The position numbers and the translations under genes are program-made. The notes beneath the pieces are model-generated. The model was given only the letters and a program-made list of their open reading frames with translations, was not told the DNA's origin and searched no databases. A DNA stretch of 64,000 bases from a virus, in the IMG/VR virus record IMGVR_UViG_3300003154_000001, one strand, 5' to 3'. Of this stretch, positions 41,583 through 50,521 are shown piece by piece (within the stretch, counting starts at the first letter, position 1; each line of letters starts with the position of its first letter).

Positions 41583-42317
41583 GTGGGAACTAAAAATAAA
41601 TCATCAGGATCTCAGTTAAATCCTAGAGGTGCTACGCAAGGAATAACATTAGTAGCGCATGAGAGTGGATTACCTTTTGATAGTATTGTAGATGTTCATG
41701 GCGTAAGACGACTTTGTGTTGATGCAAATGTTACCATAGGCAGCGCAACAATTCATGTAGATATAGAATCAGATACTGATAATATAGCTATAAGAAATAC
41801 TGCTAATGATAATGAATTATATATAGAGTCTGATGGTAGCATTAATATTCGTTTAAGAGACGAAGCTGGAGCTGCCTTTACAGATCTTAATCCATTACCA
41901 GTAAAAATTGCATCGGCAGTAGATCTTAATGTAGAGTTGAGTGCTGTAGATGGAGATACTGTAGCTATTTCAGGGCATCCATCACAAATCTTTCCATATA
42001 ATTCGATAGATATAGTTGCTGGAGGGATATATACTACTATTCTAACCTATGTAGCAGGAGCAAATAATACAGGAATTGTATTTGCAGAAGCTACAGGACC
42101 AGTAGAAGCATTAGTCAGGATGAGACTAAATGGGGTAACTATACGTCAAAAGCGTGTAAGTTCAAATTCTCCTAATGTGGAGTTTCCCTTTTTAGAACCC
42201 AGACGAATCAATATAGGAGATACAATTACTATTGATGCTAAACTGGATAAAAATCCCCCTGGATTTATGGTTGGAGGAGCTACTTTTATTGCCTCAGTAC
42301 AGGGATTTATCGAATAA
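41583..42317 (+). CDS. beta-rich structural protein, paralogue set A (GTG start)
   Basis: NVELSAVDGDTVAISG aligns with SVELSAADGDNLYIMD in the next gene. Confidence 0.6.
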   Translation: MGTKNKSSGSQLNPRGATQGITLVAHESGLPFDSIVDVHGVRRLCVDANVTIGSATIHVDIESDTDNIAIRNTANDNELYIESDGSINIRLRDEAGAAFTDLNPLPVKIASAVDLNVELSAVDGDTVAISGHPSQIFPYNSIDIVAGGIYTTILTYVAGANNTGIVFAEATGPVEALVRMRLNGVTIRQKRVSSNSPNVEFPFLEPRRINIGDTITIDAKLDKNPPGFMVGGATFIASVQGFIE

Positions 42318-42377
42318 GCTTAAATAGATAGAGGAGGAAAAGCGTTAGAATAATAACCTTTTCCTTTAAGGAGTAAT

Positions 42378-43241
42378 ATGTCAGATTTCACAAATTTTGC
42401 AGAACTAATTGCAAAATATAACTCTACATTACCGACTCTGAGTGATGGTCAAGCGTCTGAATTGCAAGTTGATTCCAATGGTCGATTACTAGTTCAAGCC
42501 AATATTTCTGTTGAATTAAGTGCGGCTGATGGCGATAATTTATATATAATGGACTCTACTGGCACTAATGCATTAGCAATAGATGTCAATGGAGCCATTA
42601 AAGTTACAGATGGCGGATTATCATTAACAGTTGATAATGGTGGAACATTTGCGGTCCAAGTTGATGGAGCAGCTCTCACAGCGTTACAGTTGATTGATAA
42701 TGCAGTTTATGCAGTAGATACAGCAGCAGGAGCAACGGACGGTGGATATAATATATTAGCAGTCAGAGATGATGCTCTTACTACACTTACTCCAGTAGAT
42801 GGAGACTATGTTTCACTAAGAACTAATGATAAAGGTGCATTATGGGTAAAACATGATGGATCTCTTAGTGTTACTATTTCTGGTGGTACAGAAGCAGACA
42901 AATCATCAGATGCAGCGGCGGATGGACTTATATCATTAACCGCAGGACCAGATGTTCTGGTATCAATTCCTCATGTAGCAGGAACATATAAAATAAGTGG
43001 CTGGAGTTGGTCGTCAGATAAACAATGTACATTTAGACTTGAAATATATGATGCCGCAGTTCTAGTTGAAATTATAAGAGTTATGTTAAACTCAGGATCT
43101 ACTCCTAGTGGATATATGCATTTTGAAACACCTATTGAAATCGCTGGAGCAACAGATAGAGTTATAAGAGTTTCTGCAGCAAAAATTGGCGGTGGAGCAG
43201 GTGGATCTGCTTCTGCCGGAATAAATGGCTTTACTGTTTAA
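42378..43241 (+). CDS. beta-rich structural protein, paralogue set A
   Basis: Contains VDSNGRLLVQ and VELSAADGDN. Ala/Gly/Asp/Val-rich. RBS AAGGAG. Confidence 0.65.
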   Translation: MSDFTNFAELIAKYNSTLPTLSDGQASELQVDSNGRLLVQANISVELSAADGDNLYIMDSTGTNALAIDVNGAIKVTDGGLSLTVDNGGTFAVQVDGAALTALQLIDNAVYAVDTAAGATDGGYNILAVRDDALTTLTPVDGDYVSLRTNDKGALWVKHDGSLSVTISGGTEADKSSDAAADGLISLTAGPDVLVSIPHVAGTYKISGWSWSSDKQCTFRLEIYDAAVLVEIIRVMLNSGSTPSGYMHFETPIEIAGATDRVIRVSAAKIGGGAGGSASAGINGFTV

Positions 43242-43260
43242 CAAATTTTAATATTAGATG

Positions 43261-43278
43261 GGGGATCTTCGGATCCCC
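43261..43278 (+). terminator. hairpin GGGGATC-UUCG-GATCCCC
   Basis: 7-bp stem with a UUCG tetraloop, followed by TATCTGATTTCTT. Confidence 0.55.
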
Positions 43279-43295
43279 TATCTGATTTCTTAATT

Positions 43296-44297
43296 ATGGC
43301 AGATTTTACTCCTACACAGCAAGAAATATCTAATATTGTAGACCCACAAGATACTACTGTTGTATTAGTTGATGGCACAAATCCAGCATATAAAGCAGTA
43401 ATAAATTCTAGTGGAGCATTACTTGTTACGGGATCATCTGGTACATTTCAGGTGAAGGATAATTCTGCTGCAGTTTTAGGAACAGATCTGGCATGTATTA
43501 TCGCAGGTTATGATGGAACAAACTATCAATTTATATCTGTTGATTCTAATGGTCATCTACAGATATTATCTTCTCAATTGCCTTCTGCATTAGTAGGAGG
43601 ACGTTTAGATGTTAATATAGGTTCCTCTGGAATTACACTTCCAATTTCCGGAACAGTTGTTGCAAATCAGGGATCTGCAAATTCTTTAGCAAATGCTTGG
43701 CCCATTAAGATTACAGATGGAATAAATGTTTCTAGTTTTAGCGGAGATAGATTAAAAGTTGATACTCCTACTACGTCTCAAGTTGAAGAGGCTACTTTTA
43801 TAGCGATCTCACTAGATACTACGATAGGCAATGATAAGTCTATGATGTCAATCGTTAATACTCATGCTACTTTAAAAACTAAGATAAAACAGATTGTTAT
43901 TAGAAATGCTCAAACAGGAGCGGTAACCGGAGTGATGGCAGATTTTAGATTGTTACGTTGTACAGGACATTCAAACGGAACACTACTTACTCCAGAAAAA
44001 CGAGATACTGCCGACTCTGTAGATGCCGCAATTACTGTGAGAACTGGATCAACTATAGCAGGAGAGGCCACAACTCCATTAGATAGATGGAAATGGTCTT
44101 CAGATGAATATGGAACAGGTACGCTAGATCAAGAAGGATTAGATCATGCTTTTATGAATAGTTTTCCAGCATCGAGTATTTTTGATCCTTCCGAAAAGCG
44201 AATTACTTTAAGACAAAATGAGGGCATTACTTTAAAACAAGTTACTAATAGCACAAATGGGTCCTTTGATATTATAATAATATTCACGGTTGTATAA
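43296..44297 (+). CDS. beta-rich structural protein, paralogue set A
   Basis: VDSNGHLQIL aligns with VDSNGRLLVQ in the previous gene. 333 aa. Confidence 0.65.
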   Translation: MADFTPTQQEISNIVDPQDTTVVLVDGTNPAYKAVINSSGALLVTGSSGTFQVKDNSAAVLGTDLACIIAGYDGTNYQFISVDSNGHLQILSSQLPSALVGGRLDVNIGSSGITLPISGTVVANQGSANSLANAWPIKITDGINVSSFSGDRLKVDTPTTSQVEEATFIAISLDTTIGNDKSMMSIVNTHATLKTKIKQIVIRNAQTGAVTGVMADFRLLRCTGHSNGTLLTPEKRDTADSVDAAITVRTGSTIAGEATTPLDRWKWSSDEYGTGTLDQEGLDHAFMNSFPASSIFDPSEKRITLRQNEGITLKQVTNSTNGSFDIIIIFTVV

Positions 44298-44917
44298 TGG
44301 AAAAGATAACGATATCTTGGTCACAATTTAAGTCGTTAATTGATACTAAGGCGATTCAATGGCAATATGTTGAGTCCGACGATGTATATGAGTTAACTGG
44401 CTATCAAGGTCCTGAAAGTTATTCGTGCACGATTATAAAAGTAACTGAGGTAACTGAAAAAACAGATTTTGAAACTAATTATAAAAGTAACTATACTGCT
44501 ATATTAAAGAATGCTACAGAGATTGTAAATAATATTACTAATCCTGTAAGTATAGTAGTGGTTCCTGCTGTTACTCCCTCTGGAGGAACTAAAGTAAGCA
44601 CAGTAGTATATAATGCAATATCATCTAATTCTGACTCCATATATACTATCCCAAATGGTGAAACTTTAGTTATTCAAAGTCTAACCGGAGGATGTGAATT
44701 TAAAAGTCAGGGTAGTTCTATTGAGTTATGGTATGATCCAAATGGTAATGGATCAGGCATGACAATTATTGATGTATTACATGTTAATGGAACTAGTGAT
44801 CAGCATTCTATATATGCTTCTTACATAGGAAATGGCACTAAAAAAATTAGATTAAGACGTAGAGCTTATGGAGGAGGAAGTAGAGAAGTATTTGCACGTT
44901 GGGAGGGATATTACTAA
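44297..44917 (+). CDS. structural protein, paralogue set B
   Basis: YTIPNGETLVIQS ... GNGTKKIRL aligns with the next gene. Confidence 0.6.
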   Translation: MEKITISWSQFKSLIDTKAIQWQYVESDDVYELTGYQGPESYSCTIIKVTEVTEKTDFETNYKSNYTAILKNATEIVNNITNPVSIVVVPAVTPSGGTKVSTVVYNAISSNSDSIYTIPNGETLVIQSLTGGCEFKSQGSSIELWYDPNGNGSGMTIIDVLHVNGTSDQHSIYASYIGNGTKKIRLRRRAYGGGSREVFARWEGYY

Positions 44918-45240
44918 TGTCTATTTATAGAAAAGACTATTATAAAGCGGTAACCGCTAATACTGAAGACTATAATATAGAAGTTATCCCCAATGGAGAA
45001 ACATGGGAGATTGTAAGTTGGAATGGCTCTGCAAATCCGAATAGGGATACACATGTCTGTTTAATTTGGGATTATGATACAGAGAATGCAGAAATCATTG
45101 CATTAACATATCTATCTGAAAAAAGAGATATAAATAGACAGTTTGCGGGAGATGGCACAAAGAAATTTGCTATAGTATTAGTAAATGACTCTGGAGAAGC
45201 GGAAAAACTTGGAGCAGGATTCATCTATCAGGTAATATAA
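44917..45240 (+). CDS. structural protein, paralogue set B
   Basis: Start moved to the ATG at 44917 (TAATG junction, GGGAGGGA upstream). Contains VIPNGETWEIVS ... GDGTKKFAI. Confidence 0.6.
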   Translation: MSIYRKDYYKAVTANTEDYNIEVIPNGETWEIVSWNGSANPNRDTHVCLIWDYDTENAEIIALTYLSEKRDINRQFAGDGTKKFAIVLVNDSGEAEKLGAGFIYQVI

Positions 45241-45241
45241 T

Positions 45242-45817
45242 ATGAGTACTGGAACAAAAATTAGACCACAAAAGATAGATAAAGACACAGATGGTGCAAT
45301 GATTTCTCGACCTAAAGCTGCTAAAAAGGGTTGGGTATTCTCTTTATTAGACATCGAGTTTAAAACAGCCAAACTAGGAAGTTTATATTCTAAGGATAAG
45401 GCTGGAACCGATAGAGCAGGAATGTCTATAAAGTTATATGATATTAATGGAACAGAAATTACTACGTCAGAAAATGAAATATATTGTGTAAAGACTGTTA
45501 TTTGTTTTGAGCCTCCTTATGATTATGAAGTAATAGGAGGACAGTTACAGCAAATCACGAAACCTACTACAGATATTAGAGTATGGACAATTGCTGTGCC
45601 TGATGTTCCTTATGCAATGGGCGGTTCAAGAGAAATGATAGGCGGCATAAATTTAAAATTTATTGATCCAACAGATAAAATATATGCCGATGGACGAGTG
45701 GCTAAGTTAATGTCTTATAATGCTACATATCATACTAACAAGTTAGAGTTTACATTTAAACATGATGCAGGATTTCAACATGATATTATGATATTGGTGG
45801 AGCTATTCCGTGGTTAA
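45242..45817 (+). CDS. hypothetical structural-module protein
   Basis: 191-aa ORF. Confidence 0.6.
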   Translation: MSTGTKIRPQKIDKDTDGAMISRPKAAKKGWVFSLLDIEFKTAKLGSLYSKDKAGTDRAGMSIKLYDINGTEITTSENEIYCVKTVICFEPPYDYEVIGGQLQQITKPTTDIRVWTIAVPDVPYAMGGSREMIGGINLKFIDPTDKIYADGRVAKLMSYNATYHTNKLEFTFKHDAGFQHDIMILVELFRG

Positions 45818-46322
45818 TACTCTTTATATAGGTTTTTCAGCTAGAAAAGGTTTTAATATAGTTTCTTGGCTTATTCGTAAGTTTCAAGGGACACCATATT
45901 CGCATGTATATATAAGAATTCCTTCAGAAAGTTTACAAAGAGATCTTATATATCAATCAAGTGGTTTAAGCGTTCATTTTAGCAATTATGCTAATTTATT
46001 GAATAAGTCAAAAGTTATTAAAGAATACATTCTTAATGTAACTCCAGAAACTAAAATAAAAACATTACAATTTGCAATAGATAATTTAGAAAAACCGTAT
46101 AGTATGTTACAATTAGTAGGATTTGTATGGGTTAGTATTAGTAAATGGTTTGGAAAGAAAGTATCAAATCCTTTTAAAAATGGTCCAGAATCATTCATAT
46201 GTTCAGAGTTAGTAGCTACAGTTTTAGAGGAATTGGGATATGATCTAGAGGAAGATTTAGATTCAATTAGTCCCAAAGATATAGATAAATTTTTACAGGA
46301 ACAACAGATTCCATGTATATAA
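45810..46322 (+). CDS. permuted NlpC/P60 (YaeF/YiiX-like) hydrolase candidate
   Basis: A His in PYSHVYIRI precedes a Cys in SFICSELVATV. This is the permuted papain-like order. GTG start lies behind GGTGGAG. Confidence 0.45.
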   Translation: MVNTLYIGFSARKGFNIVSWLIRKFQGTPYSHVYIRIPSESLQRDLIYQSSGLSVHFSNYANLLNKSKVIKEYILNVTPETKIKTLQFAIDNLEKPYSMLQLVGFVWVSISKWFGKKVSNPFKNGPESFICSELVATVLEELGYDLEEDLDSISPKDIDKFLQEQQIPCI

Positions 46323-46334
46323 GTGAGGAAGTAA

Positions 46335-46526
46335 ATGAGGATTATAGAAGTTAAAAAATCGGATATTAAAGAGGATAAAAAAGCAAACATTAGAGTAGTT
46401 AAAAGTAATCGTAACTTATTGATTAAATTGATATTTATACTATCTCTATTCAATGCGGCGGTATCCGGGCTTCTCTTAATTGGGGTATGGAGGATAATTG
46501 TAGAATGGGCACAGAAGATCTTATAA
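46335..46526 (+). CDS. single-pass membrane protein
   Basis: Charged N-terminus followed by LLIKLIFILSLFNAAVSGLLLIGVW. Confidence 0.5.
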   Translation: MRIIEVKKSDIKEDKKANIRVVKSNRNLLIKLIFILSLFNAAVSGLLLIGVWRIIVEWAQKIL

Positions 46527-46897
46527 AGAAATTAAAAGCATCTAATAATGTAAAACCCACACAATTAAAAGTAAAGATATCAACAATAACAGAAGACCTT
46601 CCTAAAGTTGAAGAGATTAAATTAGAATCACTACAGACCGTTGAACAGAAAATTGAAGAAGAGGTAGCCAAACTTAAGGAAGAGAAAATTAATGTTGATA
46701 AAAAGTACTGGAATAATGAGTTTGCTAAGATAACTAAGCAGTTTGAAGAAATTAAACAGCATATCCATTGTGTGGACATTAAAGTTACGGATTTAGTTAA
46801 TAAGATTGATACATTACAAGAAGATTTGGCGATTAAAAAGGAAGTCCATAAAGTTAAGATAAGTTTTTGGAAGAGGTTAATTAACAAATGTCGGTAA
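46487..46897 (+). CDS. coiled-coil protein (alternative start ATG 46505 behind GGAGGA)
   Basis: E/K-rich 136-aa ORF. Confidence 0.5.
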   Translation: MEDNCRMGTEDLIKKLKASNNVKPTQLKVKISTITEDLPKVEEIKLESLQTVEQKIEEEVAKLKEEKINVDKKYWNNEFAKITKQFEEIKQHIHCVDIKVTDLVNKIDTLQEDLAIKKEVHKVKISFWKRLINKCR

Positions 46898-48168
46898 CAA
46901 TAAATTTTGTATCTCCGGGGAATCCTCCTTATAATATAACTCAATTTAGAGTTGAACGAAGCGTTAGACCTGCACGAGGTACAATTGCTTCGGTAGGAGA
47001 TATCAATAATACTACAAAAGTGGTAACAGTTACTTTTATTGGTGGTACGCCTTCAAATGGTGCATTAGCAGGCGATCAGATGCATATTAATGGTCTTCTT
47101 TATCGCATAGTAACTAATACATCAACCACTATTACATTTACATCAGATACAGATTTATCTACAATTACAAGTTTTCCTGCTTCATTCATTATAATAAATG
47201 ATCTAGCAGAGTTTGAAGAATTTGAATTGATGGGAACGATAACTCCCTCACTACCTTTTACATTAAACACTGTACATCAATATGTTGATTCTACCGGAAC
47301 TATATTTGATTTTTATCGTATAAAGACAGTAGATTCTGGTGGGTCGGTTAGTCTGACTCCTCTTAATGATCCATTTAGACCAGGTGCAGTTGCAGCTCTC
47401 ATTTTAGATGAGAAGCGGTTAGATCCTAAAGATGGCCTAAAAGGAATACTTGGAGGTTCTATAACCTTTGAAGTAGAAGTAATGATTGGTGGACGTAGAC
47501 AAGATCCTAGAGATAATAAGGTATTTGCAGACGTATTAATGCCTAGCTATTTATCACCTACCGGGAAATTTGAAAGATTAGTAGCACTGGAAATGGTAAG
47601 GGTAGGATTTGCCAGATATAGAGTTACATGGGATATTCCTAGAATTACTACTACTGGACTTACTGTGCATCCCTCAGATGATTATGTGGTATCTTATAAA
47701 GCTAATTTTGTAGGGGTAATTAATCCTGATCCAAATAATCTAATTGAATTTGATAATGAACATTTTACTATTGAATATATAGATGCTCCTATATATGGTA
47801 GATTCCCAGCCTATGCAACTATAGAAGATCTTAGACAAACATTCTTTGAAGTAGATGCATATCTTCCCGAATCCATAGATAGATCCGATGTGGAAAATAG
47901 AAATAAAGTACTACAGTATCATTTAGAAAGAGCATGTGACAAACTTAGAGAAGAGTTGAATATACATCAAGTTAGATCTAACTCCTCAGATAGAAAAGAG
48001 TATGTTGCTTCTAGGGCTGTGTATACAATTTTGATGGCCGCAAGAGGTCAAAATTCCTCCGCTATTTCTAACGAACTCTTAAAAGAGTGGAGAGAAAGAG
48101 CAGAATATATACTAGCACAACTTAAACGTGAAGGCATTGCTCAAGGAATACCAATGGGCAGAGGATAA
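46888..48168 (+). CDS. structural protein (head-tail connector candidate)
   Basis: 426 aa. The helical C-terminus (VLQYHLERACDKLREEL...) is reminiscent of gp6-like adaptors. Weak call. Confidence 0.45.
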   Translation: MSVTINFVSPGNPPYNITQFRVERSVRPARGTIASVGDINNTTKVVTVTFIGGTPSNGALAGDQMHINGLLYRIVTNTSTTITFTSDTDLSTITSFPASFIIINDLAEFEEFELMGTITPSLPFTLNTVHQYVDSTGTIFDFYRIKTVDSGGSVSLTPLNDPFRPGAVAALILDEKRLDPKDGLKGILGGSITFEVEVMIGGRRQDPRDNKVFADVLMPSYLSPTGKFERLVALEMVRVGFARYRVTWDIPRITTTGLTVHPSDDYVVSYKANFVGVINPDPNNLIEFDNEHFTIEYIDAPIYGRFPAYATIEDLRQTFFEVDAYLPESIDRSDVENRNKVLQYHLERACDKLREELNIHQVRSNSSDRKEYVASRAVYTILMAARGQNSSAISNELLKEWRERAEYILAQLKREGIAQGIPMGRG

Positions 48169-48169
48169 G

Positions 48170-48805
48170 ATGGCAGAGCAGTTTATCAATATTACTATAA
48201 CTGGGGATAAGGAATTAGTTAAAATGTTAACTAATTTACCTGAATTATTAGAACAAAATCTCTGGTTAGGTTTTAAGAGGTATATGCATCAACATCTTGT
48301 TCCTAGAATGAAAGAAAGACTATCTAGAGCCACAGAGCCATTACAGAAATCAGTAATGGGGATGGATGGAATTCCAGTAGGCAAGGGAGGATATGGAACT
48401 CCAAAAAATACTCCTAGATATGCCGAATGGAAAAGTAGTCGGTCTAATTTGCCAATTGTAGGAAATTTAACAACCAGAGAACTGGTAGCAACAGGATATT
48501 TAGTTGATTCTATAGATGTAGTACATTTTGCGAAAACTGTCGGACAATTTGAATTTGCAGTTGGAGCGAAGCCTGGACCAAGACCTAAAGCCATGTCTAT
48601 GTCCTCGGATCCTAAAGGTAGTACCAATGCCAATATTTCTCAAATGATTGAGAATACTCAGTTAATGGAATGGATAAATGATTCTCAGTATGCGTTTCTA
48701 GCTAAAGAGTTTGAAGATGTGCTTAGAGATGTAACACCCTTAGTCTTACATATACTAAAGATTACTATACGACAATTATCAAAAGAATTCGTTAAAGGTA
48801 AATAA
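48170..48805 (+). CDS. HK97 gp10-like head-tail/tail-completion protein candidate
   Basis: Start moved to the ATG at 48170, directly after the upstream TAA. The N-terminus ...ITGDKELVKMLTNLPELLEQ fits the gp10-family pattern as I recall it. Confidence 0.5.
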   Translation: MAEQFINITITGDKELVKMLTNLPELLEQNLWLGFKRYMHQHLVPRMKERLSRATEPLQKSVMGMDGIPVGKGGYGTPKNTPRYAEWKSSRSNLPIVGNLTTRELVATGYLVDSIDVVHFAKTVGQFEFAVGAKPGPRPKAMSMSSDPKGSTNANISQMIENTQLMEWINDSQYAFLAKEFEDVLRDVTPLVLHILKITIRQLSKEFVKGK

Positions 48806-50265
48806 TGCCGGATAATTATATACAAATACTGGAAGATATTGAAGAAGCTCTATCTAGAGAAGTAAGACGTATTCTATTTATAGATAATAGACAAAAACGT
48901 AGCAATGATAGTGCTTTATTTAAAGAATGCTTTGATCCATTTACTGGAAAACAGGTAATGAAACCAATCGAAGCACGGTATTTTGATAATACTGCCGATG
49001 CGTTAATATCAACTAGTCCTAGGTTTGATATTAGATTATTGAAATTATATGAGGATAGAGATACAAAAAGATTATTACCTCCATATGGCGAAGAGTTTAT
49101 AGAACCTCTTCCTGCTCCATTAGCCTATGAGCCGGTAATAGCTGGAGACGATGCAATTACTACTAATGGTGGAACTGGAAATACAGTTACTTTAACACAC
49201 AGAAAAATTAGAGAAGTAGAAATAGGGCAATATATTCGCTTACTATGTAGTTTAAATGATGGAACATATCGTATTGAATCTATTACCTTAAATGGCAATG
49301 GTCCGCATACATTAACGTTAAGCCATGATTTAATTATAGATATACCAACAGTTAGATATAATAAAGACTCTGGAGTCATTACATTTGATCCATTTCTAGA
49401 TATTAAAGTAGTAAAAATAGGAGATATATTTAGAGATAACAATGGGGCTACCTTTCCTATTATTGCTACAGATATGACAAATTCTACTATTACTATTGCT
49501 GCTGGTAGTGCAATAGTGACAGGATTAGGAAGTAAAATCTATAGAATTGGAGATGTATTACAACAGGATGATAGTGGAAATCCTATAAAATATGTTGTAT
49601 TAGATCCTTCACAAGTTATTTCCGGTAAATCTACTAAATATAGAAAACGAAATCAAGTTATTCCATATACGTTTTTATATTATATAAAGATTACTTCTCG
49701 TGAAAGAGATGATCATATTTCTGCAGCTAATCGAATGATGCAAGTATTTAATCCTCCTCGTGGGTCATTAACAGTTCTTGCTAGAAGTAGTGTATCTACT
49801 GAATCAGACTTAATAAAAGATGCTGGGATAAATGATACTATTTTATATGTAAAGAACTCTGATAGATTTTATACTAATGATATTATTCGAATATATGATA
49901 ACTTAGGCATAGGTGAGGAAGTAAAAGTTATCTCAGTTAATAATGAAAGTAATGCGGTTACAATTGAGACCCCTCTAACTCAAAACTATACAGTTAACAA
50001 CTTTAGTAAAGTACTTAGTAATTATGAACTCTGTACTTTTGAACGAGACTTTATGAATCATGTAACTGAGGATCGAGAAGATATGATGTTATGGATTCAT
50101 AGATTCACATTTAGAATCGAAGGTTGGGTTGATGCACGAATTGATACCTCCGCAGAGACAGAAAATGGTGAACCTACCCATGAAGATGTTGGAGACGTTA
50201 ACTTTATAGAATTTGCCTTAGAGGATGAGGAAGGGAATCCTTATGAAGATCCATTGATTCCATAA
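48805..50265 (+). CDS. structural protein of unknown role (486 aa)
   Basis: Long ORF with a TAATG junction, between the connector genes and the sheath gene. Confidence 0.6.
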   Translation: MPDNYIQILEDIEEALSREVRRILFIDNRQKRSNDSALFKECFDPFTGKQVMKPIEARYFDNTADALISTSPRFDIRLLKLYEDRDTKRLLPPYGEEFIEPLPAPLAYEPVIAGDDAITTNGGTGNTVTLTHRKIREVEIGQYIRLLCSLNDGTYRIESITLNGNGPHTLTLSHDLIIDIPTVRYNKDSGVITFDPFLDIKVVKIGDIFRDNNGATFPIIATDMTNSTITIAAGSAIVTGLGSKIYRIGDVLQQDDSGNPIKYVVLDPSQVISGKSTKYRKRNQVIPYTFLYYIKITSRERDDHISAANRMMQVFNPPRGSLTVLARSSVSTESDLIKDAGINDTILYVKNSDRFYTNDIIRIYDNLGIGEEVKVISVNNESNAVTIETPLTQNYTVNNFSKVLSNYELCTFERDFMNHVTEDREDMMLWIHRFTFRIEGWVDARIDTSAETENGEPTHEDVGDVNFIEFALEDEEGNPYEDPLIP

Positions 50266-50275
50266 GGAGAGGAAT

Positions 50276-50521
50276 ATGCAAAAATATAGAAATGCTACTC
50301 GTAGTACTCTAGCAATAGATTGTTTCACTAGAACTATATATATAAGGCCGGGAGAAATAGTTACTCTTCCCGAAACTAGGGATGTTAGATACTACTTACG
50401 GCTAAATCAGTTAGTTCTTGTTAAATCTATTAACAAAGAGTCTAAAATTCGAGTGGCTACGTTCAAAAAGCCCAACAGGGCTAATGTAAGTCAAAAACAA
50501 ACAAAAATGGAGAATGAATAA
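50276..50521 (+). CDS. hypothetical protein
   Basis: 81-aa ORF. RBS GGAGAGGA. Confidence 0.5.
   Translation: MQKYRNATRSTLAIDCFTRTIYIRPGEIVTLPETRDVRYYLRLNQLVLVKSINKESKIRVATFKKPNRANVSQKQTKMENE

Noticed and set aside
41583-44297. Diversity-generating retroelement targeting the fibre-like paralogues.
   Set aside because: No reverse transcriptase ORF is present. I could not see a template/variable repeat pair, and there is no C-type-lectin-like C-terminus.
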